64,000 bases of DNA from a virus (Duplodnaviria > Caudoviricetes): positions 782 to 64,781 of the IMG/VR virus record IMGVR_UViG_3300009151_000071; one strand, 5' to 3'. Each line of letters begins with the position of its first letter. Position 1 is the stretch's first letter. The translations under genes and the position numbers were made by a program. Below are positions 9,608-19,886 of the stretch, in pieces. The notes under the pieces were generated by a model. That model made no database searches. It worked only from the letters and a program-made list of their open reading frames with translations, and was not told the origin of the DNA.

Positions 9608-9944
9608 CTGCTTTCTCCTTAATTATTTGAATTTCTGTTACAATTTTTTCTTTAATTACTGTATTAACTTTTGCCGATTTAGCTTCTGCGGCTTCTACCT
9701 TGGCGTTGGCTTCTTTGATCTGTTCTTGCCAAATAGCACTAACACCTTCGCCACCATACATAAACACTCCGCCTAGTAACATAACAGCACCAAGTACTTT
9801 AACTAACATTCCGTAAGGTTTAAACTGTGGCCATGCAGTAATAAGTCCACTGAGATAATATAATGCTGTACCAGCACCTGCTATAGCTAACCAAGCCCAA
9901 GCGGGCATTAGTAATATAGCGTGTTCAATTAGCCATCCAAACAT
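9462..9944 (-). CDS. i-spanin (Rz-like)
   Basis: N-terminal TM helices plus coiled coil; directly downstream of the endolysin. Confidence 0.75.
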   Translation of the reverse strand: MFGWLIEHAILLMPAWAWLAIAGAGTALYYLSGLITAWPQFKPYGMLVKVLGAVMLLGGVFMYGGEGVSAIWQEQIKEANAKVEAAEAKSAKVNTVIKEKIVTEIQIIKEKADANNRDIEAKRDIINAECKLSDDAWMLYNNASKNALAGSPGRAKSAGK

Positions 9945-10582
9945 TACGCTACCCCAAATACTTGCAATGCGTGATGGTAATGTTTCTGTCGATCTTCTAA
10001 TCCAATGGTTCCACCGTTAATACGTTTAGTCATTGTTAAAATATCGCCGCTGTCTGCGTACTGGTTTAAGTTGTTGGCTTCCCAGAACCAAGCGGCCGAT
10101 TGTACACAACCTTCAAAGGTCTGTAAGAACTCGGTTACTTGTTCCACTGGTGTCTCAATGCTTTCGGCAAACTTACTGTAGTTTTGCTTGCCAGTTAATT
10201 GAATAAGGCCGCGTCCGCAATAACGGAAACCGTCACCTGATTCTTCTGGACCATTACCCATACGATTAGCATAAACACGATTGGCAATGGCTTCTTGCTT
10301 ATTAGGTTTATTTGCGTACTCTTCGGCTAAAGCATCTGTTGGGAAATACTTAGGAAATACCTTGCGTAGTGTTACTGCACGGTAGTTTAAATTTTCTTGG
10401 ATGGCGTTAAATCCGCCACTTTCGTGAGCGCACTGAGCCAAGAAAGCCGCGCAACGCTGTGGTGTGTCGATTTCGTAATCGGGCAGTATTGTACTCAATG
10501 CTTCAAACCAATGCTCAACGTGAGCGTTTTGTGGAATGATTTGTTGTAACTGATCTTGTGTAAAATTAAATTGAAAGCCCAT
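9944..10582 (-). CDS. Glycoside hydrolase family 19 endolysin
   Basis: AAFLAQCAHESGGF, ENLNY, GRGLIQLTGKQNY, SAAWFW, TKRINGG motifs. Confidence 0.92.
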   Translation of the reverse strand: MGFQFNFTQDQLQQIIPQNAHVEHWFEALSTILPDYEIDTPQRCAAFLAQCAHESGGFNAIQENLNYRAVTLRKVFPKYFPTDALAEEYANKPNKQEAIANRVYANRMGNGPEESGDGFRYCGRGLIQLTGKQNYSKFAESIETPVEQVTEFLQTFEGCVQSAAWFWEANNLNQYADSGDILTMTKRINGGTIGLEDRQKHYHHALQVFGVA

Positions 10583-10594
10583 TTAGCTAACTCC

Positions 10595-11470
10595 TTACTT
10601 GATGTAAGTATTTAGCACTTTTTGGGTATTTAGATTGTTACAGATTAAATTATGGTTTTCAAGGAATAAAACCCAGGTTGATAGTTGTTCTTGAGTTAAA
10701 TGTTTGTAGGCTCGTCTGTGTATACTTGCTGTTATAGTATGGTGCTGGTTTATAGCCTGTGTAAAAGTATCAAATTTGTCTACTTGCCAGTCAGCTAGAT
10801 TGGCAACGCATATATAGATGCGATCAACATTATAGATAGCATCTAAACAGCTATACTTCTTCAAGATAAAACCAGCATACAATACAAACTCTGTTACCAA
10901 TGTTGGATTAATTTGTGCCTGTTGAAAGAACGTGATAAAGTCAGGAATGCCAGCAATCATTTCACGCACATCTTCGCTATGGAATACATAAGGAACACCA
11001 CTAGGTCCTAATACCTGGTCTATACTAATACCATAGTAATTTTCTACAAATTGTCTTGCAGGTTCAAAATGTGGCGATAAGTGCATACGGCCCACATTAG
11101 GCCTACCTTGTGTGTCGAATAATGCCGATTCTTGAGTATCTAAGGGTTTGATAAGCCACGTTTTAGCGTCAAATACTATGCTCCACTTAGTCTGAGACTG
11201 TGCGGCACACAATAACTTTAATAACTGTTGATCATCCCATCCATTATTGCCGGGAGTGAACTTGTATTCGCTACGCAGTTTAATTGATACACAGTTTGAG
11301 TATTTGCCCCACCAAGCAGGGTCAATTGAGTCCGCAACACTATCATCGTCGTTGACAACAACAACTATTTGGTCAACATCTTTGGGGTTTAGGTATTGAT
11401 CAAAACTACGTGCTTGTATTTCCAGGAGAGGCAATTCGTCCTGGAAAACAACAGTAATAAAGTCTAACAT
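10595..11470 (-). CDS. Glycosyltransferase-like protein (DUF6492-like)
   Basis: GWDDQQLLKL, FDAK and TEF motifs. Confidence 0.55.
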   Translation of the reverse strand: MLDFITVVFQDELPLLEIQARSFDQYLNPKDVDQIVVVVNDDDSVADSIDPAWWGKYSNCVSIKLRSEYKFTPGNNGWDDQQLLKLLCAAQSQTKWSIVFDAKTWLIKPLDTQESALFDTQGRPNVGRMHLSPHFEPARQFVENYYGISIDQVLGPSGVPYVFHSEDVREMIAGIPDFITFFQQAQINPTLVTEFVLYAGFILKKYSCLDAIYNVDRIYICVANLADWQVDKFDTFTQAINQHHTITASIHRRAYKHLTQEQLSTWVLFLENHNLICNNLNTQKVLNTYIK

Positions 11471-11475
11471 TGGAA

Positions 11476-12024
11476 TTAACGAATAATGCCGGCCAAGCTA
11501 CGTAAGCTCTCTGTATAATCGTTTTTGGGAGCCTTGGTAGTAACATCAACACCCGCGGCAGTTTTTAGTTTGTCTAAGGATTCTTGACCATATGCTCGTT
11601 CGTAAGCGTCTGGAGTCAACGGAATTAGTTTTTGTAATGCTTCTAAACTTAGTTGAGTTTCTTTGTGTGCTTTGTAATAGCGTACACGCCAATCTTCTGT
11701 TTCACCAGCAGTTAAATTCATAAGGTCGTCCATTAACCTCATAATATTGTCAGCGGATTCCGGAGTACGATCTAGTTCAACAAATACAATATAGTCGCCG
11801 TCGTCCATTTCACCTGCGCTTACATCTGCGTCAATGACCCAATCGTAGCCCTTTTCAATAAAAGACACTAGATCGCCGGCTGGTTCTTTGTTGTCTACTT
11901 TGAAGCTAAGAACTATAACATCACAATCGTCGCCGAGTTTACTTTTAAATTCATCAACGTGTAACTCTGTGTGAATTAAACGTTTTAGATTGCCAGCTTC
12001 TAGGCCTTCAAATAAATTAGACAT
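11476..12024 (-). CDS. Hypothetical phage protein
   Basis: Long ORF; start revised to MSNLFEG (GAGG upstream). Confidence 0.65.
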   Translation of the reverse strand: MSNLFEGLEAGNLKRLIHTELHVDEFKSKLGDDCDVIVLSFKVDNKEPAGDLVSFIEKGYDWVIDADVSAGEMDDGDYIVFVELDRTPESADNIMRLMDDLMNLTAGETEDWRVRYYKAHKETQLSLEALQKLIPLTPDAYERAYGQESLDKLKTAAGVDVTTKAPKNDYTESLRSLAGIIR

Positions 12025-12571
12025 TTTGTTGTTCCTCAGGTCCACCTGCGTCTGTAGCCGTCATTTCGTTTCCTAGGTCAACAGCATCATTGTCGGCACC
12101 TGTTTCGTATGCAGTATCAATGTCTTCCAGGTCAACTGTGCCTGATTCTAATTCTAGGGCACCTTGTTGGATGTCTTGCATTAGTTTCTTTGGCATAACA
12201 ATTTCAACTAACCAGATGGGACTTTTAATCAGCTTAGGCACCTTGGTACCTGGCTTGTAGTCCATTGGGGTTTTAACTTTCATTGGATGTTCAAAGAAGT
12301 CTTTCTTAAAGCTAACATCACAATCGTATTCTGATAAACGCTCTGCACCACGTGGGTCAGGCATCTTTTTGTAGGGCCACATAAATGTACATTTTATAAA
12401 GTACTTTTCGTATATAGGACCTTCAACTAGCTCACCGTTTTTCCAGTTTGCAAAAGCGTATAAGTCAAGTTCATCTAATACACGCTCAAAGTCTAATAGA
12501 CTGCTCACAGCGGAGTCAGTCATAAAGATCTCTTTTGTGTTGTCTAATAGGTCTCTGATATTTGCTGGCAT
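12017..12571 (-). CDS. Hypothetical phage protein
   Basis: Long ORF; start revised to MPANIR just after TAAATA. Confidence 0.65.
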   Translation of the reverse strand: MPANIRDLLDNTKEIFMTDSAVSSLLDFERVLDELDLYAFANWKNGELVEGPIYEKYFIKCTFMWPYKKMPDPRGAERLSEYDCDVSFKKDFFEHPMKVKTPMDYKPGTKVPKLIKSPIWLVEIVMPKKLMQDIQQGALELESGTVDLEDIDTAYETGADNDAVDLGNEMTATDAGGPEEQQNV

Positions 12572-12591
12572 AGTATACTTATTTATCAAGT

Positions 12592-13851
12592 TTACTCACT
12601 AGCCCGTGCATTGATTTTGATTAATTTTTTGTTGATAACAGTAGGCACAGTCGACTTGGGTATGTAATCCCTATTCATTATTCTGGGATTTTGTGTAGTC
12701 AATTCGTCACCGATATAATAGAATGGTGTAGTATTTGATGCCAAGCCCACCGGAATACCAAGTTGATACTGTAAATACTTTGGATCAATTTTATCTAGTA
12801 GTAGCTGTAGACCTGCTTGCCAAGCACCAAACAGCTGAGTTCCTTCTAAGTTAACATGGAACCAATGATCCATTTCGTTATAAAAACTGTTGGTTGGTTT
12901 TGCAGTCTGCCAAGTTTCTAAATCATAATCTGGGTAGATAATACTTTTAGAAATATGCTCGTATGCTGTGCGTTTTGCTGGGTCGTTGTTGGGCCAATAG
13001 GCCAAATGTTTTAGGTGCTGATTCTGTGGTATCTCAAACCAGGTTCTAATCATGTGTGCTTGTTTTAGCACCAGCTCGGGTAGGTCAGGAGTCCAATAGA
13101 ATAACTCAGTTGTTATGTTATTGTGGTCACCTATAACCGGATTGGGATGGTTTGCTTGCAGGTCAGTAAAATACAAATACCACTTGCCGTTGATGATAGT
13201 AAGTTTGGGTTTGTCAATTCCGTACAAAGCGCAGATCTTCTTGCCCGAGTCTGCTAACGCACGATGCTCGGCGGTACTAAAGTTATTGTGTTTAATTCCG
13301 TGCCCGGGTTGAAACCAATCGCGAGTAGTAAACACCCACGATTCATCAGTCATATAGTTACTGTTTAATACATCATCAGAGTAGTCTTGTACTGTAGTTT
13401 TAACATTGGGAAAATTTGTGTTAATCCATTTAAACAGTGGCTCTGCGGCAAACTGACGTTCACTTAGAGTATTCTCTGGTTTGGTATTAAATGGATCGTT
13501 AGTTACGTCTTTGTCTAACTGTTCAGGGTATCGGAATACAACTTCATCTAAGTGTATACCATTAAGTAGAAAACTAAAGATAGCAGTAGTTGAATCACCA
13601 CCACCTGACGCTTCTATTCTAATCCAGTCATATTGTTCACGTAATTGTTGAGCACGTAAACGATACAGTTCTCTGATGTTTGTCTCGGGCTCTTGAGCCC
13701 AGGTACATTTGGCAAACTCAGCATTGTTAAAATGCCAAACTGGTTCCAGGCCTATTTCTGTTGCATGTATATAGGCCTGAGGTTTGGAATAAAATATTCG
13801 ATCCCCAACTCGGTAATAACCAAGTTTGGGGTTTTGCTCAATTCCGTGCAT
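12592..13851 (-). CDS. Adenine nucleotide alpha-hydrolase (PP-loop) superfamily protein, paralogue 1
   Basis: SGGGDS PP-loop; LYRLRAQQLR, IHLDEV, GIDKP, FYWTPD shared with two paralogues; start revised to MHGIEQ (TAATG coupling to Bug gene). Confidence 0.7.
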   Translation of the reverse strand: MHGIEQNPKLGYYRVGDRIFYSKPQAYIHATEIGLEPVWHFNNAEFAKCTWAQEPETNIRELYRLRAQQLREQYDWIRIEASGGGDSTTAIFSFLLNGIHLDEVVFRYPEQLDKDVTNDPFNTKPENTLSERQFAAEPLFKWINTNFPNVKTTVQDYSDDVLNSNYMTDESWVFTTRDWFQPGHGIKHNNFSTAEHRALADSGKKICALYGIDKPKLTIINGKWYLYFTDLQANHPNPVIGDHNNITTELFYWTPDLPELVLKQAHMIRTWFEIPQNQHLKHLAYWPNNDPAKRTAYEHISKSIIYPDYDLETWQTAKPTNSFYNEMDHWFHVNLEGTQLFGAWQAGLQLLLDKIDPKYLQYQLGIPVGLASNTTPFYYIGDELTTQNPRIMNRDYIPKSTVPTVINKKLIKINARASE

Positions 13852-14759
13852 TATTTCAATGTAATTGTTGAAGTAATTTTCTTCCAACGAGAATTCTGTA
13901 CATTAAACCAAGGCTGTATTTGATCATCCGGCATTTGATTTAATGGTGAGCAATGATCGGTTTTGTATGCATCTCGCACAGATTGGCTGAGCCCAGCCTT
14001 AACAAAAATAGCACGTAGTTCCTTAAATTGTGAATCTGGCATAGTATTAGGAACTACTAAATGTGCTGGTGCATTCATATAAGTTAATGTTTTATCAAAT
14101 CCTTGACTAATAAAGGTAGGCGCATTTAATACTGGGGTATCTCCAGTAACACCTAGCATATACAAACGACCGTGGGTTGAATCTTTAAGATACTGTTCAC
14201 TATCGCCTACAAAATTTACACTAAAATCAATTTGTCCACTGAGTGCGCCAATTACAGCTTCGTTTGTACTCTTAAATGGCACAATAGTAATGTTAGGATA
14301 TTTTTTTACAATCTCTGTAGCTACTAAGTGTGTAGTAATACCTAATCCACTTACACCAACTGTTAGTGGTCGATCTGTGGGAACTTCTTTAAAAGATTTA
14401 TATTTATTAGATACCATTGCTAGCGGAGCATCGCACGATGGCATTAGTTCACGAAAATTTTCTACTTTATGACTTTCATTTGGAAAGAAATTTGGACGAA
14501 TCCAAAATGCTGAGCTAGTTGCTAAAACTGTATTTGGGGTTTTTTCAACATACATTGATGCAATTGCCGCACCTGCACCCGGCTTAACATCAAAAATAAA
14601 ATTATATTTTTTTTGAATTTTATTAGATTCGGCCGCTAGTGTTCTGTGAAAGTTGGCTGCGGCATCGGCGGCACTCCAACCATAATAAATTGTTACGTTT
14701 TGTTGTGCCTGAACCAGACCGGCAAAGGCAAATAATAATACTGCTAATACTTTTTTCAT
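13851..14759 (-). CDS. Bug/TctC-family tripartite tricarboxylate transporter substrate-binding protein
   Basis: Signal peptide (VQA-Q); KPGAGAAIA; GVSGLG...HL; VPFKS; ALSGQID; PTFxSQG. Confidence 0.8.
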   Translation of the reverse strand: MKKVLAVLLFAFAGLVQAQQNVTIYYGWSAADAAANFHRTLAAESNKIQKKYNFIFDVKPGAGAAIASMYVEKTPNTVLATSSAFWIRPNFFPNESHKVENFRELMPSCDAPLAMVSNKYKSFKEVPTDRPLTVGVSGLGITTHLVATEIVKKYPNITIVPFKSTNEAVIGALSGQIDFSVNFVGDSEQYLKDSTHGRLYMLGVTGDTPVLNAPTFISQGFDKTLTYMNAPAHLVVPNTMPDSQFKELRAIFVKAGLSQSVRDAYKTDHCSPLNQMPDDQIQPWFNVQNSRWKKITSTITLK

Positions 14760-14782
14760 TAAAAATCTCCAATAGGTTGTTA

Positions 14783-14811
14783 ATTGTACGATGTATATCG
14801 TGTAGTGTCAA
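14783..14811 (-). promoter_or_regulatory. Sigma70-type promoter for the Bug/PP-loop pair
   Basis: TTGACA-17 nt-TACAAT, then GGAG RBS. Confidence 0.8.
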
Positions 14812-14952
14812 ATAAATTTATTGGCTTGGTAGCGAGTGCTACTTACGGGATAATGGCGTTATAGGCATAACATGCTAGTAAAAGGGTTTCACTACCCTAG
14901 GCGTCAATGTTTAAGTCCGACGTCGGCTAATCCGGCGTTGCTAAATTTATTT
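14810..14952. ncRNA. Candidate structured RNA of unknown family
   Basis: 11-bp terminal inverted repeat (aaataaattta/taaatttattt) enclosing several short hairpins in a non-coding gap. Confidence 0.4.
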
Positions 14953-14955
14953 ATC

Positions 14956-16176
14956 TTAGTCCCACTTGCGATCAGAAATTTCCATAGAATAATGCTTAGT
15001 TACAGTCGATTTAACAACATCACCAATATAATAAAACGGACTAAGAAATCCAACAAAGCCGACTGCTCTGTTTACTTCCCAATTAAAATACTTACGATCA
15101 ATGTTATTACCTACAAACTCTAAGCCAGCTTGCCAGCTACGATATAACTTGTGATCTTGAAACTTTTCATAAAACCAGTGATCCATTTCACTATAGAAAT
15201 TGCTACCGGGCTTGTTGACCTGAAATGTCATGGGATCGTAGTCAAGATAAATTAGCGGCTTGATTAAGTTTTCGTATGCGGTGCGCTGAGCTACCGAGTG
15301 ATTGGGCCACCGTGCCAACGATTGCAAATGTCTATTCTCTGGCAAGTTAAACCAGTTGCGTACCACATGTGCCTGCTTGATACCAATTTCAGGCAAATCT
15401 GGAGTCCAAAAGAAATACTCGTTGGTAATGTTATCATAATCTCCCACATCGGGATTGGCATAATTGGCCTGGAAATCAATAAAATACAAATACCAACGAT
15501 CGTCTTTGATACATAACTTGGGCTTGTCAATGCCATATAACACACAAATACGTTTGCCTTTGTCGGCCAATATGCGCTGGTCAATTGTTTTATAGTTGGG
15601 AAACTTGGTAACATGCCCAGGTTGTAAAAACTCTTTGGCACTATATACCCACGATTCATCACGATCTTCATCTACCAACATATCTGCCGAGTAGTCGTGA
15701 ATGGTAATTTTAGTCTTGGGGTAATTTGTTGTAATCCAGTTAAGCAAGGGGCGAGCGGCGTACTCGTACTCGCTAAGGGTATTTTCGCATTTGGTATCCA
15801 TTGAGTTTAACGGAACAGTTTCACTGCCGCTTTTGGGATAGCGGAATATAATTTCATCTAGGTGTATGTTGTTGAGTAAAAAACTAAAGATAACAGTTGT
15901 GCTGTCGCCACCACCGCTTACTTCTGCTCTGATATAGTCATAACAATCTCTCAGTTGTTGAGCTCTAAGTCGATATAAATCTCTAAGATTAGTCTCCGGC
16001 TCAACAAGCCAATCTTGTTGAGCATACACGTTGTTGTTAAAATCCCAGGTAGGGAATTGGTTGGTTTGAGTGCCAGCCATGAGAGCTTGTACTTTACTAT
16101 AATAGACATCGTCGCCTACCCGGTAGAAACCCAATTTGGGATTTTGTTCAATGGTAACGTGATTGAATTTTTGCAT
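14956..16176 (-). CDS. PP-loop superfamily protein, paralogue 2
   Basis: SGGGDS; closely similar to 12592..13851 (IEQNPKLG, LYGIDKPKL, FxWTPDLPE). Confidence 0.7.
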   Translation of the reverse strand: MQKFNHVTIEQNPKLGFYRVGDDVYYSKVQALMAGTQTNQFPTWDFNNNVYAQQDWLVEPETNLRDLYRLRAQQLRDCYDYIRAEVSGGGDSTTVIFSFLLNNIHLDEIIFRYPKSGSETVPLNSMDTKCENTLSEYEYAARPLLNWITTNYPKTKITIHDYSADMLVDEDRDESWVYSAKEFLQPGHVTKFPNYKTIDQRILADKGKRICVLYGIDKPKLCIKDDRWYLYFIDFQANYANPDVGDYDNITNEYFFWTPDLPEIGIKQAHVVRNWFNLPENRHLQSLARWPNHSVAQRTAYENLIKPLIYLDYDPMTFQVNKPGSNFYSEMDHWFYEKFQDHKLYRSWQAGLEFVGNNIDRKYFNWEVNRAVGFVGFLSPFYYIGDVVKSTVTKHYSMEISDRKWD

Positions 16177-16219
16177 TGTTTAGATTATAACAGATAGAAC
16201 TAGTAGTGTCAATAAATAT

Positions 16220-16753
16220 TTGATCATGATAAATCAAGACTTACTTAATACTTATTTTTCTACCACATGGCGAGAAAAGAACGAAACCATTGATAGATTC
16301 CAATTTAGCGGATTCAACTTGATTGATCGAATTCAGTTGGGAGAACGGGTGCTTGACGTTGGGTGCGGTCTAAATCAGTTTACCAGTAATATACCCAACC
16401 TAATAGGCATAGATCCGGCTTTCCCCGAAGCAGACTTTCAAACAACATTGGAAGACTATGCTCGATCAAACACAATGATACGTTTTAATGCAGTATTCTG
16501 TCTTGAATCAATCAACTTTGGCACAAGTGAAGACATTGAACGTCAAATTGGCCTAATTGTTCAATTGATCAGACGCAAGAGTCAAAGTAGAATATATTGG
16601 AGATCAAGTACTCACCCATTTGACAGTATTGAAGTATATCCTTGGACATTTGATGAACATGTTAGACTGGCTACGTTGTTTAACTTTGAAATAACTGAAA
16701 TGGAATGGGATTTAAATGACACTATATTTGCCGAGTGGGTGTATCGAAATTAG
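16220..16753 (+). CDS. Class I SAM-dependent methyltransferase
   Basis: VLDVGCG motif I; GID; FNAVFC. Confidence 0.7.
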   Translation: MIMINQDLLNTYFSTTWREKNETIDRFQFSGFNLIDRIQLGERVLDVGCGLNQFTSNIPNLIGIDPAFPEADFQTTLEDYARSNTMIRFNAVFCLESINFGTSEDIERQIGLIVQLIRRKSQSRIYWRSSTHPFDSIEVYPWTFDEHVRLATLFNFEITEMEWDLNDTIFAEWVYRN

Positions 16754-16878
16754 CGCACAGTCAAATACTTATGACAGTTTACAAAAGATAAACACTCAGT
16801 TTTTGGTCTGATGTAAAAGACCTAAATATTTGTGTAGTACAAGGGAGTACAACACAAACGTTTATCAAGGAGGACATA

Positions 16879-17661
16879 TTGTCTAAACGTAAAAATAACC
16901 GAGCAGAAGCATTAGTAGTAAATGGTCACAACAGCACATACAACAGCACAAATTTTAAAAGCAACAATACAATAAGATTAGAATTATATCAAAAACCACA
17001 GGCACAACAACAGCGTCAAATAACACTACTCCCAAAAAGTGTAACACAAGAAACATATATTGATCTATTAACTGATCCAGCAAAACTTATAGTATTTGCT
17101 ACGGGTCCAGCGGGCACAGGCAAGACCATGCTCGCGGTATTAGCCGCGCTAAAAGCATATAGAGCGGGGCAGATTGATCGTATTGTAGTCACAAGACCAG
17201 CAGTAGGAGTCGATGATGAAGAACACGGGTTTTTACCAGGAGACTTAAATGAAAAAATGGCTCCTTGGACTAGACCTATATTTGACGTCATTGGCGAATA
17301 TTACCGACAGTCTGAAATCGCAAAAATGCTAGATGACAATACAATAGAGATCTCTCCCCTAGCATATATGAGAGGTAGAACATTTAAAAACTCGTGGATT
17401 ATTGCAGATGAAATGCAAAACGCGACACCATCACAAATGAAAATGTTACTCACGCGATTAGGCGAAGGCAGTAAAATGGTTGTAACCGGCGATACCCGTC
17501 AAGCAGACCGCAAGGAAAACGACAACGGATTGTTGGATTTCAAACGCTTGGTTGATGATTACAGTCGTTGCAAATATGTATCGGGAATCGAGTTTGATCA
17601 CCGTGATATACAACGCCACCCTGCTGTACTTGAAATTCTTAAAATATACAAGGAAGTTTAA
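16879..17661 (+). CDS. phoH: PhoH-family ATPase
   Basis: GPAGTGKT, TRPAV, GFLPGDL-EK, PLAYMRGRTF, DEMQN, LTRLG, GDTRQAD, RHP; TTG start with AGGAGG. Confidence 0.93.
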   Translation: MSKRKNNRAEALVVNGHNSTYNSTNFKSNNTIRLELYQKPQAQQQRQITLLPKSVTQETYIDLLTDPAKLIVFATGPAGTGKTMLAVLAALKAYRAGQIDRIVVTRPAVGVDDEEHGFLPGDLNEKMAPWTRPIFDVIGEYYRQSEIAKMLDDNTIEISPLAYMRGRTFKNSWIIADEMQNATPSQMKMLLTRLGEGSKMVVTGDTRQADRKENDNGLLDFKRLVDDYSRCKYVSGIEFDHRDIQRHPAVLEILKIYKEV

Positions 17662-17724
17662 GGTATTTTTGGCATTTGACTACGGTCAAGCATAAATATG
17701 TTTAAATCCTCAGGAGATACAAAT

Positions 17725-18750
17725 ATGTCTGACCGTAGAAAAATACGTTGGTTAATTGCACACTTTCCCGTACACTTATTCCAACGCACCGCAGAAGCCT
17801 TTACTCAAGAACTAGAAGCATTGCTTCCGGGTCAATTTGAAGTAGAAATTCACACCATTGATTCATACGTTGATCAATACCAAAAATTAGAAGCTCTGCG
17901 TCTTAAAAAGCCAAGCATTCCTGGTCTAGAAGATAGTACTAGTGAACACACAGTTGGCCATATTAGCGATATGCAGGAAAAATGGACAACATTCTTTGAT
18001 GCGTTACGTGCTGGCGATTTTGAAATGAGCCAAACTCAAGTATTCACAGTTGCTGAACAATTAAAGAACAAAGACTTTGCCGCATTAGACTTACCATTCT
18101 TGTTTGACAGTCACGATCACGTTAGTCGTGTATTAGATGGCGAAATTGGTCAAGAAATGTGTAACAAGTTGGCCGAGATTAGTGATGTACGTGGTCTAGC
18201 ATTTACATACTCGGGTGGTTATCGTATCATTGGTAACACAACAGGTATTAAGAGTTTAGACGAACTTGCTGAAAACGAATTAATTGTTTCCAGTGAGCCA
18301 AGTAAAGTATTGTTTAACGAATTAGGTACAACTACATTAAACAAAGCCAGCATTGATGTTGCAAGTTTAGCTGATAGCGGTGCAAAAGGCACAGCAGTTG
18401 AAACAACATACATTCGCTTTACAGGTAAGCATGTTCTAAAAACAAATCACAGCATGTTCTTAACTACTATCTTGACAGGTACTAAGTTTTGGAATACATT
18501 AACCACAGAACAGCAAGAAGCATTTGCTACTGCGGCTAAACGTGTTGCTAAGATTGAACGTCAGTGGTCAGTTGACGATGCCGCACAATACGAGCGCAAT
18601 GCTGTAGCCAATGGTGTGACAATAGTTGATTTGAGTGATGCAGACCGTGAGCGTTTGGCTAAGAAAGCTAAACTAAGCTATCGCCATGTAGAACAAATGG
18701 GTATCGATATGAACTTGGTTAAGCGTATTATTGAACGTCGTAAAGACTAA
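17725..18750 (+). CDS. DctP-like TRAP substrate-binding-fold protein without signal peptide
   Basis: LDLPFLF, LAFTYSGGYR, FWNTLT-EQQ; ATG after AGGAG at 17725. Confidence 0.75.
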   Translation: MSDRRKIRWLIAHFPVHLFQRTAEAFTQELEALLPGQFEVEIHTIDSYVDQYQKLEALRLKKPSIPGLEDSTSEHTVGHISDMQEKWTTFFDALRAGDFEMSQTQVFTVAEQLKNKDFAALDLPFLFDSHDHVSRVLDGEIGQEMCNKLAEISDVRGLAFTYSGGYRIIGNTTGIKSLDELAENELIVSSEPSKVLFNELGTTTLNKASIDVASLADSGAKGTAVETTYIRFTGKHVLKTNHSMFLTTILTGTKFWNTLTTEQQEAFATAAKRVAKIERQWSVDDAAQYERNAVANGVTIVDLSDADRERLAKKAKLSYRHVEQMGIDMNLVKRIIERRKD

Positions 18751-19886
18751 ACAACATCGCCAACATAGTAAAGGGGTGAGAAGAAAACCTTCAAGCCCTT
18801 CTTATCAGTTGTAACTTGTAAAGATTTATCAACAGTATTTTCCACATAGTCTACCCCTGCTTGCCAATTGCGGCCAGCGGGGGTATTCTTGAATTGTTCA
18901 GTAAACCAATAGTCTAGTTCACTGTACCAATCGTTAGTCGGTTTCTTTGTTTGAAATGAGTTTTGCTCATCCCATGTGGTATAAACTATACTTCTCATCA
19001 GAGTTTCTTGTGCGGCTCTAAAGTTTTCAACCTGGCTAGGTTTCCAAATCAATTGGTATTGTTTATTGGTGTTCAAATGCTTGAGCATAGTATGTCCTTG
19101 TTTGGCCAACATAGCGCATGATTCAGGCGCCCAATAAAAGTACTCAACCGTGGTGTTATCGTATTCGCTGGTGTAGATACTGCTGGGAATAATGTTTGCA
19201 GTTTTATCCCGCAAACGCAGATACATCTTATTGTCAACAATAAGACTCAGGGGTTTATCAACACCCACTATAAATCCAATTGAATGTTGTTTGTCTATAC
19301 GCAAACGAATATCTTTAATTTGTAACGGATTATAACGTTGTGTGGCCGCAGGGTTCAAGGGTTCAACATGATCGGTTACCCACGTTGGGTCTTTGGCCTT
19401 ATTAAAATACGTATAAATTTGTTTACCACAATCGTATAATGTGACCTTGGTCGTGGGCATATGATCATAGATCCATTGCAGGCGTTCTTTGGTATGTAGC
19501 TCGTACTCGGCGTTTTGATTCCATGCATCGTTGACTAACGAATCAATGATAGTAAATTTCTTACTAGCTTCAAACACCCAGTTACTAATTATTTCATCAA
19601 TATGCAGTCCTTGTCGATAAAATGACATTAAGATATTGTGACTGTCAGAACCGCCAGAGTAGCTTAACACAACATAATTGTACTTTTCTCTAATTTCTCT
19701 AGCACGGCGATCGTAAAGCGCATCTAGTGTTTCTTCTGGCTCTTTACTAAAATCGTAATTGGAAAATACGTCATGGTTGAAAACCCATGACATGGGCTTG
19801 TTTACCTTAGTGGCATATATTGCACAATTGATCTTAGAATTAAATTCTTGACCATCGCATACGTAGTAACCGAGTTTTTTATTCAT
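18747..19886 (-). CDS. PP-loop superfamily protein, paralogue 3
   Basis: LSYSGGSDS; LHIDEI; GVDKP; YFYWAPE. Confidence 0.7.
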   Translation of the reverse strand: MNKKLGYYVCDGQEFNSKINCAIYATKVNKPMSWVFNHDVFSNYDFSKEPEETLDALYDRRAREIREKYNYVVLSYSGGSDSHNILMSFYRQGLHIDEIISNWVFEASKKFTIIDSLVNDAWNQNAEYELHTKERLQWIYDHMPTTKVTLYDCGKQIYTYFNKAKDPTWVTDHVEPLNPAATQRYNPLQIKDIRLRIDKQHSIGFIVGVDKPLSLIVDNKMYLRLRDKTANIIPSSIYTSEYDNTTVEYFYWAPESCAMLAKQGHTMLKHLNTNKQYQLIWKPSQVENFRAAQETLMRSIVYTTWDEQNSFQTKKPTNDWYSELDYWFTEQFKNTPAGRNWQAGVDYVENTVDKSLQVTTDKKGLKVFFSPLYYVGDVV

